Shown here in pieces: positions 19,439-29,822 of a DNA stretch of 64,000 nt. Within the stretch, counting starts at the first letter, position 1, and every line of letters begins with the position of its first letter. The translations under genes were made by a program, and so were the position numbers. The stretch is from Thermofilaceae archaeon (GTDB taxonomy: Archaea; Thermoproteota; Thermoprotei; Thermofilales; Thermofilaceae): positions 64,001 through 128,000 of the forward strand of contig JAWCCZ010000002.1 in the NCBI GenBank assembly GCA_038861545.1. The letters run 5' to 3'. The notes under the pieces were generated by a model. That model searched no databases and was not told the origin of the DNA. It saw only the letters and a program-made list of their open reading frames with translations.

Positions 19439-20404
19439 TTAACCGCGCTTCACCCACCCGTAAATTATACCGCCAGCCATAACTGTATAGAAGATGAAAT
19501 CTAAAACAGGGTAAATAAAAGACCTGTCTTTCCTGCCTTTTACTAGGTACATGGAAACAATTACAATGTAAACTAAAGGAACAAGAACAAGTGGCTGCCA
19601 GACATTAAACCATGCTAAAGCTGTTGTTGCAACATAGTAGGAGTAGAGAGCTAACGCGCCGAGCATTCCATAACGGGCAAGAGGGGCTTGTTTATGTCTT
19701 TTGTAAAACATGTAATGCCCTTTACCGTAGTTGAAAGCTCTCTTTAGCATTTTCTTTAGACTTTTAGTGTGAAAATGCTCTACTTCGATAAATGGAGTTG
19801 CGTAAACCTTGTAATTAGTAGAACAAAGACGCCAAAGCAATTCAACTTCATCATACCCACTTTTAATTCCCTCGTCAAACAAGAAAAACGCTAACACGCT
19901 TTTCCTGAATGCCAGATTATTACCAGTGGGTATACGCACTCTATGAAAGTTTTTAGAAGTTACTTTAACCTCAGCCCTGTAAATCGGCATCATAGGCCAT
20001 ATAGCTTCGTTATAGTAGTCGGCGACAAGTCTACCCTTTAACTCTCTTGCTGTGAACACTGAACCACCTACGGCGGCAGCCTCAGGGTGAGACTGAAAGA
20101 AATCTGCAATTTTCGCCAGCCAGTCTGGGGGTGTACGGCAGTCCCCGTCGGTGAAAGTTACTATTTCTCCCCTAGCAGCATGAATACCAGCATTTCGAGC
20201 GAAGTTTAAACCGGTGGGTGGAACCCTAATCAGCTTGACGAACGGGTAACGGGTGGCGATTTCCGGCGTCCTATCCCTTGAGCTATCCACTACAATAACT
20301 TCGAAATCCCTGTAAACCTGTTTGCTCAGGGAATCAAGCAACCATTCTATAGTGTCTTCGTTGTCTTTCGTAGGTATAACGACAGAGATCACATTCAAGC
20401 CCAA
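19439..20404 (-). CDS. Glycosyltransferase family 2 with C-terminal TMs
   Basis: SVVIPTKD, VIVVDSS, ARNAGI, FTDGDC (DxD). Confidence 0.92.
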   Translation of the reverse strand: MGLNVISVVIPTKDNEDTIEWLLDSLSKQVYRDFEVIVVDSSRDRTPEIATRYPFVKLIRVPPTGLNFARNAGIHAARGEIVTFTDGDCRTPPDWLAKIADFFQSHPEAAAVGGSVFTARELKGRLVADYYNEAIWPMMPIYRAEVKVTSKNFHRVRIPTGNNLAFRKSVLAFFLFDEGIKSGYDEVELLWRLCSTNYKVYATPFIEVEHFHTKSLKKMLKRAFNYGKGHYMFYKRHKQAPLARYGMLGALALYSYYVATTALAWFNVWQPLVLVPLVYIVIVSMYLVKGRKDRSFIYPVLDFIFYTVMAGGIIYGWVKRG

Positions 20405-20566
20405 CCTTGGTTGGTAAAAAACACTAACTTGAGTATCCCTCGCAAACGCTCGTCTAGGTTCACTTCAAGTAAACTTTCGCCCATCCGCAGTTAAGGGTGT
20501 TACCTAAGCCTTAAGCAAATGGTAACGAAGTTTGGTACTAGAGACTGTTCGATAAACTGGTTTAGG

Positions 20567-21777
20567 TTACCCCCATATGAAATGAATAGTTTTCTTTCCG
20601 CTATCCGCACCGAAGACATAAAGGGTACTGCCTATCCACTGAATACTGGAGATTACTATGAAGGGAGTATAGGCCGTCCTCCTCGTGATCTCTTTCCACA
20701 ACTTTACAGTTACAGTAATTGGACCGTAGTTCATGGTGAAAGTAACTTGAGCGCTTGCTGTCTCGGTTACCTCAACGCCAGGTCCAAGCTCTATCTGTAT
20801 TGGCGTTGATGCTCCGCTCAGATAACCGTGAACCCATCCTAAGGGTTGACTCCTGCACAGCGTGCACTGCAAGTTTTCGCCCCACTTGTAGCCGCCAAAG
20901 CTGACTGGTGTAGCCAGCTCGTAGTAGTGGACTGGCCTGGGATAAATACAATAGAGTCAAACTTTCATATTCGTACGTTATGTATACGGTGAAGCCATTT
21001 TTATCCCGTTAGACAACGGGGTTGTAGTAACAGTATCGTCGCAACGTGGCTCCTTATCACTCGTCAACATCCAACTTTGGAAGCTATAACAGCAAAGCCC
21101 CGGAGGCGTGTAAACGGAAAATTGTCTAGCTTTCCGGCTATAGTATAAACCACTATAGAATTGAACGTGTACCGTAACCCGTTTATCGTGTGAACTTGTA
21201 AAGCCCTAGATAAACTTGTAACAGTAGAGTTTTCTGTATCCGGGGGTCGGCTATGCACGGTATGCAGCTGCTGGACTGAGTTGCGAGAGAGCCTTGAACT
21301 TCAATCGCCGGTTTTGCGGTTCTCTCAACTGGGACTTATACTTTAAGCTTCATAATAGGCTTCTCAGGTCTTATCCTCACTAGCTTGGCGCCGAAGTATT
21401 CCTTCCCGGCAGCGACGACTGTGAACCAGTGTTCCATCCACTCGTTGTAGATATTTAACATCTTCCAGATTCTTACCGAGACGCGTAATTCCTTAACCTC
21501 GATCCTATTGCTCATGTTCTTCATTTCATATTCAGTGAAGTTGTAAATGAAAACTGTGAACTCATCTAATACTGGCTTACCCGCTCGGTTAACCGGTTCG
21601 ATGACAAGAGTTACCAGCGTCATCGACTTTCCATTCAACTAGTCGAGAAAAAGCTGGTAGACCTCCAGTGATGCCAGTGAATTCTGGACAACGATAACAC
21701 CGGGTAAAAGGGAGGACAAAATGAGTATAAATGCAGAAAGTAAAATACCTCTTATTACTATATAGTATTTTCACCAT
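20567..21777 (-). pseudogene. Fragmented secreted/cell-surface protein gene
   Basis: Chain of short co-oriented ORFs (21589-21777, 21336-21638, 21064-21258, 20772-20960, 20567-20872); signal-like IRGILLSAFILILSSLLPG in a shifted frame; internal stops. Confidence 0.55.
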
Positions 21778-21863
21778 GCCGTTTAATAGCTATATGCCTT
21801 TCTGTGATTTTATTTACTGTCCTTTAAGGTGTAGCAGTACGGAGAAAGCGTATAGAAGGCCTT

Positions 21864-22646
21864 TTATATGGAATTGTAGATTTTCATACTCGCCTCCTGG
21901 ACTTCGGTGGCTTGTTTTAAAGCTTCCGTATGGAGGCCTAGGTTCTTTAAAGCTTCCACCTTCTCGAGTTCTTCTACAAGCTGAACAACCAGGTCGTGTT
22001 TCCCCTTTCTTGAAATCGAGTTTACCGTTTCCCTTGCTAAGTAAACCATCTCGTCCAAAGTAGTATATCTCATATAGGGTAGCATCTCCCAGAAAGCCAG
22101 TTTCTCTGCTAGGTTCTTGAACGGCTGGGGTTTCGCGTTCACTAATCTCTTACCTGCGAGCTTAGCTTCAGCTGAAGCTAAGTCAAAGTTGTAACGCGTA
22201 ACCGGTATTAAGCTGGTTGGGCGAAAGCCTACGAGGACCAGCCATCTACACATCTCCTGTAAAGCAAAGATACAACCTTTACCGGTGCCGCCCGCAACAG
22301 CTACCGCAACCGCCGGTTTACCGTTTTCACCATAGTACCTCATTCGGTCAATGAAGTTCTTGGCTAAACCGTTAACCGATAAGAAGTATACAGGGGCTAT
22401 AAGTGCGAACGCGTCACACTTATTAAACATCTCTCTAAGCTTTAATGCATCGTCCTTAACGGTACACTTCATCTCTCTCCAGCAGACCGCATTGTCGCAA
22501 GCCCGGCAAGGGCCTATTTTCACATCAGATAAATATACGATATCCGCGTCACCGCCGGCCTCCACTACGCCCCCGGCGATCGATCTGGAGATCCTCGCGC
22601 ATAACCCTTCTTTTCTCGGAGAAGCAGATACAATTAGGGCTCGCAT
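21864..22646 (-). CDS. Iron-sulfur flavoprotein / NADPH-dependent FMN reductase family
   Basis: SASPRKEG, CRACDNAVC...C..KDD, APVYF, KNFIDR; helical C-terminal extension. Confidence 0.88.
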   Translation of the reverse strand: MRALIVSASPRKEGLCARISRSIAGGVVEAGGDADIVYLSDVKIGPCRACDNAVCWREMKCTVKDDALKLREMFNKCDAFALIAPVYFLSVNGLAKNFIDRMRYYGENGKPAVAVAVAGGTGKGCIFALQEMCRWLVLVGFRPTSLIPVTRYNFDLASAEAKLAGKRLVNAKPQPFKNLAEKLAFWEMLPYMRYTTLDEMVYLARETVNSISRKGKHDLVVQLVEELEKVEALKNLGLHTEALKQATEVQEASMKIYNSI

Positions 22647-22846
22647 AACTTCCCCTAAAAGCGCGCGGAAAAGAAGTATTAATAGCTTCTCTTAAACAGT
22701 GGACGAGTTGAATCTCTGAATAACAGTTAAGAGTAATATCAACCGCTAGAGGCTTAGGCCAAGTTGCGTTTACTCGAAGCGCCTGTTTCACCGATATCTG
22801 AGAAAGGGTTTTTATGCAATCCTTCAAGTTAAACTGTGAGCACATA

Positions 22847-23653
22847 ATGGAGCATATTATAATCGAGAAAAAACCAATCGGGTCGGATAAAGTTTCCGCC
22901 ATTGGTTTAGGGACCTGGGCTGTCAGGGATTACAAAAGAGCTGAGAACGCGTTTCTCTACGCGCTGCAGCATGGTATTGATAACATTGACACGGCAGAGA
23001 TGTATGACGGCGGTAGAGCTGAGGAGTTTGTGGGTATGGTAGTTAAAGCATTCGGAAGGGATAACGCCTTTATAACAACGAAAATTTGGCCGGACAAGCT
23101 AGTGGATAAAAGCTTAGTCTTGAAAGCCGCGAAGGCAAGCCTTAGCAGGCTAGGCATCAAATACGCCGACTTAATCCTAATACACTGGCCGAATAGATCT
23201 ATGAGTATTAGGGATCAAGTGAGGAACTTTGAGGTAGTGTACAGCGAAGGCTTAACTAGGTACATCGGCGTGAGCAACTTTAACTTAAGGGATTTAACCG
23301 AAGCAGTAGAATCTACGAGCAAGGCTGAAATCGTTGTAAACCAAGTTAGGTACAGTGTCTACTACAGAGAATTAGTTGAAAAAGAGCTTATAGATTTCTG
23401 CAACAAGAATAAGGTCACCATACAGGCTTACACGCCTATTGAAAAAGGCAGCGTAGCTCGAGACCATCTACTCAGGAGAATAGCTGAAAAGTACGGGAAA
23501 ACCGCGATCCAAGCGGCATTAAACTACGTGATCAGGCATGAAAGAGTTATAGCCATAGTGAAAAGCGAAAACATCGAGCACATTAGAGAGTTGATGGGAT
23601 CAATGGGCTGGAGGCTGGCTCCAGAGGATGTTCAAGTCCTAGCCGCAATCTAA
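22847..23653 (+). CDS. Aldo/keto reductase
   Basis: IGLGTW, IDTAEMY, ITTKIW, LIHWP, IGVSNF; likely ATG at 22847. Confidence 0.93.
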   Translation: MEHIIIEKKPIGSDKVSAIGLGTWAVRDYKRAENAFLYALQHGIDNIDTAEMYDGGRAEEFVGMVVKAFGRDNAFITTKIWPDKLVDKSLVLKAAKASLSRLGIKYADLILIHWPNRSMSIRDQVRNFEVVYSEGLTRYIGVSNFNLRDLTEAVESTSKAEIVVNQVRYSVYYRELVEKELIDFCNKNKVTIQAYTPIEKGSVARDHLLRRIAEKYGKTAIQAALNYVIRHERVIAIVKSENIEHIRELMGSMGWRLAPEDVQVLAAI

Positions 23654-23705
23654 CAGTCACAAAAGGCTTTGAAAACATCATGGGTTTACACTTCCAGCTA
23701 GTTAC

Positions 23706-25160
23706 TCAGTCTAGCAGTTTATACATGTAGAAGGAACCAGGTAAAACCTTATACCCTAGCTTCCTGTAATACTCCCTTGCACCCACTGCTGAAATCACTA
23801 AAATTTTCTTCGCGTCGTACTCGTCAGCCGCCACATTTTCAGCTGTCCTTACAAGCTTCCTACCAAGCCCCTTATGCTGCCACCAAGCACCTTCTTCACC
23901 CACAGGGGTCTCGGGACCATAAACGTGAAGCTCCCTAATGAAAGCTGTGTGTGAGTCAACTTCCCACCTGTGAACTCCTTCGCTGGGCATCCGGAACCTG
24001 ATGAAGCCGAAAAGCGCATCCCTCGCAGGATCCTCGAAGGAGATGAACTCCTCCACCCCTTCGCTGGCACTGTACCGCCTTCTCACTAGCCTCGCATCCT
24101 CAACGCGTGGCACCTCGCCACTCCTCAGTGCAAACCTGCCCACTTCTCTGCATCGTATGCATCTACACCTTAACCCTTTCTTCTTCATGTAATTCCACGT
24201 AACCTCCCTAAGATTGCCCACAGGTGGTCCTGCTGCAACATCGTTTAACGGGACGTCGCGTTGAACTCGCATTATCCTAATCCAAGGTGGGGTGAACAAC
24301 TTTATTTTTGAGATCAGCTCGATGAGTGTATCAAGCTCATAAGGCGTGTACTTGCCTAGCTTCCACCAATCGTAAATCTCGGCCCCTGGCACAACTAGGG
24401 TAGGGTAAATCTTCACCATATCCGGCCTGAAGCGAGGATCGCTGTAGATTGTTCTGAAGGCTTCTAGGTCCCTATCCGGATCCGAGCCTGGTAAGCCTAA
24501 CATCATATGGTAGACAACCTTGTATCCAGCATCTTTAAGATAGCGAGTAGCTTCAATGGAGTCCTTAACGTTATGCCCTCTTCTTACAAGGGCGAGCAAG
24601 TCATCGTACACTGTTTGCACCCCAAGCTCAACTCTTGTAGCACCTAAATGGAGGAACCAGTCTACGTGTTTTTCACCACACCAGTCAGGTCTAGTCTCAA
24701 GAGTTAGCCCCACACACCTGATTGACGCCGTCTCGTTCCTCTCCATCGCTTCCTTGAGCTGCACTTGGCTGGGTGGGTTCTCTGGAAACCTATTTAAAGC
24801 CTCCAGCGCTTGTGCGACTACCCATTCCTGGTAATCCAGCGGCATGGCCGGGAACGTGCCACCCATAATTATCAGCTCAACTTTACTGGGTTCATGCCCC
24901 ATTGCGAAGTACTGCTTAAGCCGCAGCCTTACTTGTTCGTATGGATGGTAATTTACTCTCACCGCCCTAGCAACGGCCGGCGAGCTCTTAATGTAGCTTT
25001 GCGGGGTTCCCATCTCAGGGCCTCCGGGACAGTAGACACAGCGACCGTGGGGGCAAGCATACGGGTGTGTCATTAAGGCTACAACAGTGACCCCTGAGAG
25101 CGCGCGAGTCGGCTTTTTAATCCCTTTAAACAGGTGGAAGCCCCTAGGCTTGCTGCGCAT
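23706..25160 (-). CDS. elp3: Elp3 tRNA U34 carboxymethyltransferase (radical SAM + GNAT)
   Basis: CPHGRCVYC, IMGGTF, ETRPD, RVELGVQ, KIYPTLV, RELHVYG, QHKGLG, SAVGAREYYRKLGY; likely ATG at 25160. Confidence 0.96.
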   Translation of the reverse strand: MRSKPRGFHLFKGIKKPTRALSGVTVVALMTHPYACPHGRCVYCPGGPEMGTPQSYIKSSPAVARAVRVNYHPYEQVRLRLKQYFAMGHEPSKVELIIMGGTFPAMPLDYQEWVVAQALEALNRFPENPPSQVQLKEAMERNETASIRCVGLTLETRPDWCGEKHVDWFLHLGATRVELGVQTVYDDLLALVRRGHNVKDSIEATRYLKDAGYKVVYHMMLGLPGSDPDRDLEAFRTIYSDPRFRPDMVKIYPTLVVPGAEIYDWWKLGKYTPYELDTLIELISKIKLFTPPWIRIMRVQRDVPLNDVAAGPPVGNLREVTWNYMKKKGLRCRCIRCREVGRFALRSGEVPRVEDARLVRRRYSASEGVEEFISFEDPARDALFGFIRFRMPSEGVHRWEVDSHTAFIRELHVYGPETPVGEEGAWWQHKGLGRKLVRTAENVAADEYDAKKILVISAVGAREYYRKLGYKVLPGSFYMYKLLD

Positions 25161-25791
25161 TAATTTCCACCACAATGTTTCTCTTCAGCACTCGACGTTT
25201 GTAATCCCAAGGGTACATCTTAAATCTCTCGTAACCAGCCGCGCGCATATCTTCCTCGAGTTCATAGGGTGTGTATAAGTGATAATACCTTACACCCTCA
25301 CCGCCCCACTTGACGAAGATGTCCCTAGATCGAGCCGCGAGAACCCTTAGAACATTAAGCGGTGTCAGCGCACTCCACAAGGTGATTAAAATAAAGCCGG
25401 TGCACACTCTTCGAAGCTCACGTAAAGCTTCCACTCTGCGCTCCCTTTTGTAAACGTGATGAATTACTGCAGCCGCTAAGGCCGATTTAAAAACCCCGCC
25501 ACGGAAAGGCAAAGCCGCAAGCGACCCAGCGACTAGGTGTAGGGCAACGTCCACACGCCATTTGCGGGCTCTCCTCCAAGCCAGCTTAAGCATGCTTAGG
25601 CTAAGATCTAGGCACACAATTGTGCTAACCCCCCTCCGTCCCAAGCTGCATGCTATGTAACCTGTACCGCATCCAGCGTCGAGAAAGGGTTCGCTTACTC
25701 GATCGCCTAATAAATCTAGCAAACCCCTGTACCAGCCAATCCTGCCTTTATCATATACAGGAGCTGCTAAGTCGAAAGGGGGTTCTAACAT
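25144..25791 (-). CDS. Class I SAM methyltransferase, Trm9/ALKBH8-like
   Basis: LDAGCGTG; AVIHHV..RERRVEALRELRRV; ITLWS; DIFVKW; RYYHLY...EL; overlaps elp3 start. Confidence 0.75.
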   Translation of the reverse strand: MLEPPFDLAAPVYDKGRIGWYRGLLDLLGDRVSEPFLDAGCGTGYIACSLGRRGVSTIVCLDLSLSMLKLAWRRARKWRVDVALHLVAGSLAALPFRGGVFKSALAAAVIHHVYKRERRVEALRELRRVCTGFILITLWSALTPLNVLRVLAARSRDIFVKWGGEGVRYYHLYTPYELEEDMRAAGYERFKMYPWDYKRRVLKRNIVVEINAQQA

Positions 25792-26267
25792 ATTTGAATT
25801 CAAATTCCTCCGTTTTAACTTTCAAGGCTGATTCCAGAGACCTGTATTGAACATGGTAATAAAGGCTACCGCGCTGCATTCTACTGTAGATTATACTGCA
25901 CGTGTCGGTTAACGCGTGCTAGATACAGAAATAATGATGTAGGCCATGTATAGGAAAACCGAAAATAATAGTAAAAACATCGATGAACATACCTACAGTT
26001 ACCATTATCATTGAAAGAAAATTAAACTTATAGTGTATAGGTAGCTCGTTACCTTAAATAGCTGAAAAATCTGAATGGCCAAGATAAAGCAAATACAACC
26101 AACAAAAAAATTTAAAGTGAGAACGACGAGACCCTAGAGGTTAGTTAATTTGCAACTATATACAACTAGACTATTACTATCGCTCATCTCTTATATGTGA
26201 TTTACTTCCTCAAGCTTTCTTCCACCGCCTCCGCAAACAATATTATTAAGTTTTTCAGAATTTCTCT

Positions 26268-27092
26268 GTGAGTGATCGGGGTCTAGAGGTATACGAGATA
26301 GGTCGTATTGCAGTGGTTCCGGGTTCGAAACCCTATCTTTTCTACCTGACCCTTGATCCAGCTAGTTTAACTGCTGTTAGTGTTTTAGAGAAGATTACTG
26401 ACGAGTTTGCGAAAGAGGGTATTCCTATTCTCCAGGTGAAAACTTCAACTATAGGTTGGGGTAAACCAGTCAAAATAATCATCATAGCTGATTTCAAAGA
26501 TAAAGAAAAGCTGGCTGAAGAGCTGGCTGAAAAGTTTAAACGCACTATCTTCGTGAAGAGCGTGAAGCTGAGCCAACCTATAACAGAAGGAGTTGTTATT
26601 GATGTTTTCTCTTTTCCATTGACTTTCCTAGGGACTCGCGCTGTGATATTCCGCGAACCTGTGTATAAAGGCTTCATCATAGGAGGGTGGAAACATTTCG
26701 GTGTTCCTTATGCTATCCTACTATACAGTATTGGTTATGAGGCTGGGCGGCTAGCTTACGCGGAGCATGCTAAGGTTGTAAATAAGCCTGAGACTATAAA
26801 GTTTGCAGAAGCAGTCTTCCAGATGATAGGCTTCGGAAGGTTGGAGTTCATAAGGCTCGACGACCGGGCTCGAGAGGCTGCTATCCGCATATATGATAGT
26901 TTCGAGTGTCAGCTTTTCCCTGGTGCAGGAGAAATACGGGGTAACTTTATCCGGGGAATAATTGCTGGCTGGCTCGCTGGCTACTGGAACCTAGGGGAGG
27001 ATGAGGAAGCTTTTGCAAGAGAGGTTAAATGTATTGCGAAGGGAGATCCCTATTGTGAATACATTGTATATGTTGAAATAAAGAGACGCTAG
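26268..27092 (+). CDS. ACT-like + V4R domain small-molecule sensor
   Basis: GFGRLE, YDSFECQ, RGIIAGWLAG, REVKCIAKGDPYCEY. Confidence 0.85.
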   Translation: MSDRGLEVYEIGRIAVVPGSKPYLFYLTLDPASLTAVSVLEKITDEFAKEGIPILQVKTSTIGWGKPVKIIIIADFKDKEKLAEELAEKFKRTIFVKSVKLSQPITEGVVIDVFSFPLTFLGTRAVIFREPVYKGFIIGGWKHFGVPYAILLYSIGYEAGRLAYAEHAKVVNKPETIKFAEAVFQMIGFGRLEFIRLDDRAREAAIRIYDSFECQLFPGAGEIRGNFIRGIIAGWLAGYWNLGEDEEAFAREVKCIAKGDPYCEYIVYVEIKRR

Positions 27093-27244
27093 TTAGAGAC
27101 TTGGTATAGTTCTAGGAGTTTCAGCAGGTAGCGGTTGGTTTCACAATGCATGACAGCAAGCTGCGTCATTAGTAGCCGAGCATTACGCGGTATTTCGCTG
27201 TACATGTATATGGAAAGGTGGGAGGTGAGAATCGTAACTTACGG

Positions 27245-27937
27245 CTAATCCGTAGAGACTTTGAAAGCATTTAAGCAGAGTTCTTTTAAAGGACATTTGA
27301 AGCATAATGGATTACGCGCCTTGCAGATTTCTCTACCCAGCTTAATAAGCAACAGGTGGGCTTCTAACCTTACGTTCTCCCTGAAAACCCTGTGTAGTTC
27401 TTCTCTAATCTTTTTGTAGTTTGAGCTATGCGCTAAACCCAACCTCCTAGATACCCTTTTTACGTGCGTGTCTATAGGAACTACAGGAAAACCGGAGAAA
27501 GCGAGGAGAACATCGATTGTTTTATCACCTACACCTCTAACCGAGCCTAGCTCCTTTCTAACTACTTCCTCGCCCAATGCCAGCAACTTCTTCAAATCCC
27601 CTCCGTAGCGTTCTTGGATGAGCTTTGAGACTTCAACAACCGCTTTAGCTTTCTGGTCCTGAAGTCCTGCGACCGCTATTAACTCCTTAATTTTTCCTTC
27701 ACCAGCCTGGAGTATTCTAAACGGTGTAACCCCAACCCCCTTATCCAGCTTCTCGAATGCGAGGAAAGTGTTCTTCTCGTTCGTATTCTGTGAGAGTATA
27801 GTGGCAACGAGGACTCTGAAGGGATCTCCCTGCCGGCCAGCCTCAAGGGCAGTGAACTCGCCTTCCCTAAATTTGAGCTCCTGGCGGAGCAGCTTCAAGA
27901 TGAGGTCCCCAAGCTTCATAGTCTCATGCGAGTCCAT
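27245..27937 (-). CDS. nth: Endonuclease III (HhH-GPD glycosylase, 4Fe-4S)
   Basis: LVATILSQNT, GVGDKT, PIDTHVKRV, CKARNPLCFKCPLKELC. Confidence 0.93.
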   Translation of the reverse strand: MDSHETMKLGDLILKLLRQELKFREGEFTALEAGRQGDPFRVLVATILSQNTNEKNTFLAFEKLDKGVGVTPFRILQAGEGKIKELIAVAGLQDQKAKAVVEVSKLIQERYGGDLKKLLALGEEVVRKELGSVRGVGDKTIDVLLAFSGFPVVPIDTHVKRVSRRLGLAHSSNYKKIREELHRVFRENVRLEAHLLLIKLGREICKARNPLCFKCPLKELCLNAFKVSTD

Positions 27938-28366
27938 TGGTATGTAATTAAATAATTAAGTGAGTCCATTAAAGGAATTGTGAAACCTTGAAATATGCAT
28001 TTTTAAATCGTGCTCTGTAGTCAAATACAAAAATTTTCCAGCTTTTTGTAATGTCGGCATTCAAATAATGTTCACCAGTTTTGAGGAAAAATTTGTTATA
28101 CACACTTATTCTCTCCAAATTGATACTTAAAAGCAGCTATTCCAGCTTCAACGCTGTCAACTAAGCTAAAGAAGTGAATCCTAGAGTTCTGTTTATAAAA
28201 TCCCGTGAATGGTACCCTTAACGATTTGGTATACAAATTTAATTTCACTCTTATTCATGAGTTCCGCCTCTAAAATCTGCTTTATACTTAAGTGGGTTGC
28301 AGCTTTTGATTTTTTATGTTAAAAGTGTTTGATTAAGTTCATTTTTCGCAGTCAATTTTGGAAGCC

Positions 28367-29479
28367 TTAACCATGCAACTTTTCATAGAAAAATTCTCCT
28401 GAGACGGTAGGTGTGTAGTTCCAATCGAGTAAAAGTTTCGGAGACCATTCAGGACTAAAATTCCATGCTAACCAACCAATACTCTTCTGTTCTAAATAAT
28501 CTAGCAGAGGACGTGCAAAATTTTCAACTGTTCCGCCAATATTGGGATCTTCTGGGTCGAAACCAACTTCTCCAACTAATACTGGAATGCTGGATGACGC
28601 GTTGCCAAAGGCTTCATCCCAGCTTACCATCCAATTCGTGTTATTATAAATGTGGATGGAATAAACTACATTTGGTCTGCGAATAGGATAATCCACTGCA
28701 TGATTAACGTAATAGGAAAACTGCAGCCCACCTACTAGAACCACACGGTTAGGATCGTTTTTACGGATAATGTCTATAAGTTCTTCAGCAAAGTCACGCC
28801 ATTCAAGCCATGCTCCGAGGGATATATCGTCCCCAACACCACCGACGTTAGGATCTTCCTTTGCAGGTTCATTGAAAAGGTCATAAAAAGCGATCCGCGT
28901 GTCGTTTGCAAAATATTTTGAAACTTTACCCCAGAACTCTTTCAACTCCTCAGGGGTGAAAGCGTAAATGTCGCGCCCCCAGTTAGAGTCATACCCCCCA
29001 CCGAAATATTCGCCAGTAACCGGCCAGCCGCAAGAATGAAAATCAATAATTGAGTAAATACCGTTTCTTGCAGCCCACTCTATCCCTTGATCAAGCACCC
29101 TTAAGTAGTATCCTGGTTTATGCTCTTCATACCACGCATATGAAGCATAGTGAATCGGAAACCTCACAATTTTCACGTTCCACTCCTTCATTTTTTCAAA
29201 ATACTTTTCATCCCATTTCCCATAGTAATATATCATCTCACTAACCCCAACAGAGTTTACACCGTGAAAAATTATTTGGTTACCATATTCGTCTAAAATT
29301 TTATTTTCCTGAACATAAAGAGCAGGGAGTCTGCTTCTACTAAACTCTTCCTTTTCAAAAAGGTAGGGTCGAAATATTAACAGAATCAAACAAGTAATAA
29401 TAGCTATAACCCCTAAGGCAAAAACCATCTTCTTTCCCGTGAAACTCTTGTTCACCAAATCCCATGAGATTAGGTGCAT
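28367..29479 (-). CDS. Membrane-anchored GH5 endoglucanase-like glycoside hydrolase
   Basis: HGVN, IIDFH, FNEP acid/base, HIY, VGEVG nucleophile, AWNF; N-terminal TM; alternative ATG at 29428. Confidence 0.9.
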   Translation of the reverse strand: MHLISWDLVNKSFTGKKMVFALGVIAIITCLILLIFRPYLFEKEEFSRSRLPALYVQENKILDEYGNQIIFHGVNSVGVSEMIYYYGKWDEKYFEKMKEWNVKIVRFPIHYASYAWYEEHKPGYYLRVLDQGIEWAARNGIYSIIDFHSCGWPVTGEYFGGGYDSNWGRDIYAFTPEELKEFWGKVSKYFANDTRIAFYDLFNEPAKEDPNVGGVGDDISLGAWLEWRDFAEELIDIIRKNDPNRVVLVGGLQFSYYVNHAVDYPIRRPNVVYSIHIYNNTNWMVSWDEAFGNASSSIPVLVGEVGFDPEDPNIGGTVENFARPLLDYLEQKSIGWLAWNFSPEWSPKLLLDWNYTPTVSGEFFYEKLHG

Positions 29480-29822
29480 TAATTATAAAGTTTTTGTAAG
29501 TCTCTGAAAGACGCTCCTTAGCTTTTAAATTCCAACAGATGTTAGCAATTGCTAACAGAATAGTAAGCATAGAGAATATACTATCAATGACTTTTCTTAT
29601 TGAGTTGACAGGTTAAAAGCCCAAGGCTGCTTTAGCTGCCGGATAGGTTAAATCCTCGGCAGTCAACGTTAGGGCTTGCCCTCTTCTAGCAAACATAAGT
29701 AATTGACAGTATTTAGATTTCTATGTGAAGACTTTATGTTTGGTTTTTACTCCTCTGTTTTAATTATTTATTTAAATATTAGAAGTTTAAATTATGAATA
29801 TTCAATATGGAGAACGATGGGC

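Noticed and set aside
26311-26335. GGTTCGAAACCC resembling a tRNA T-arm
   Set aside because: Lies in frame within the V4R gene; no acceptor, D or anticodon stems around it
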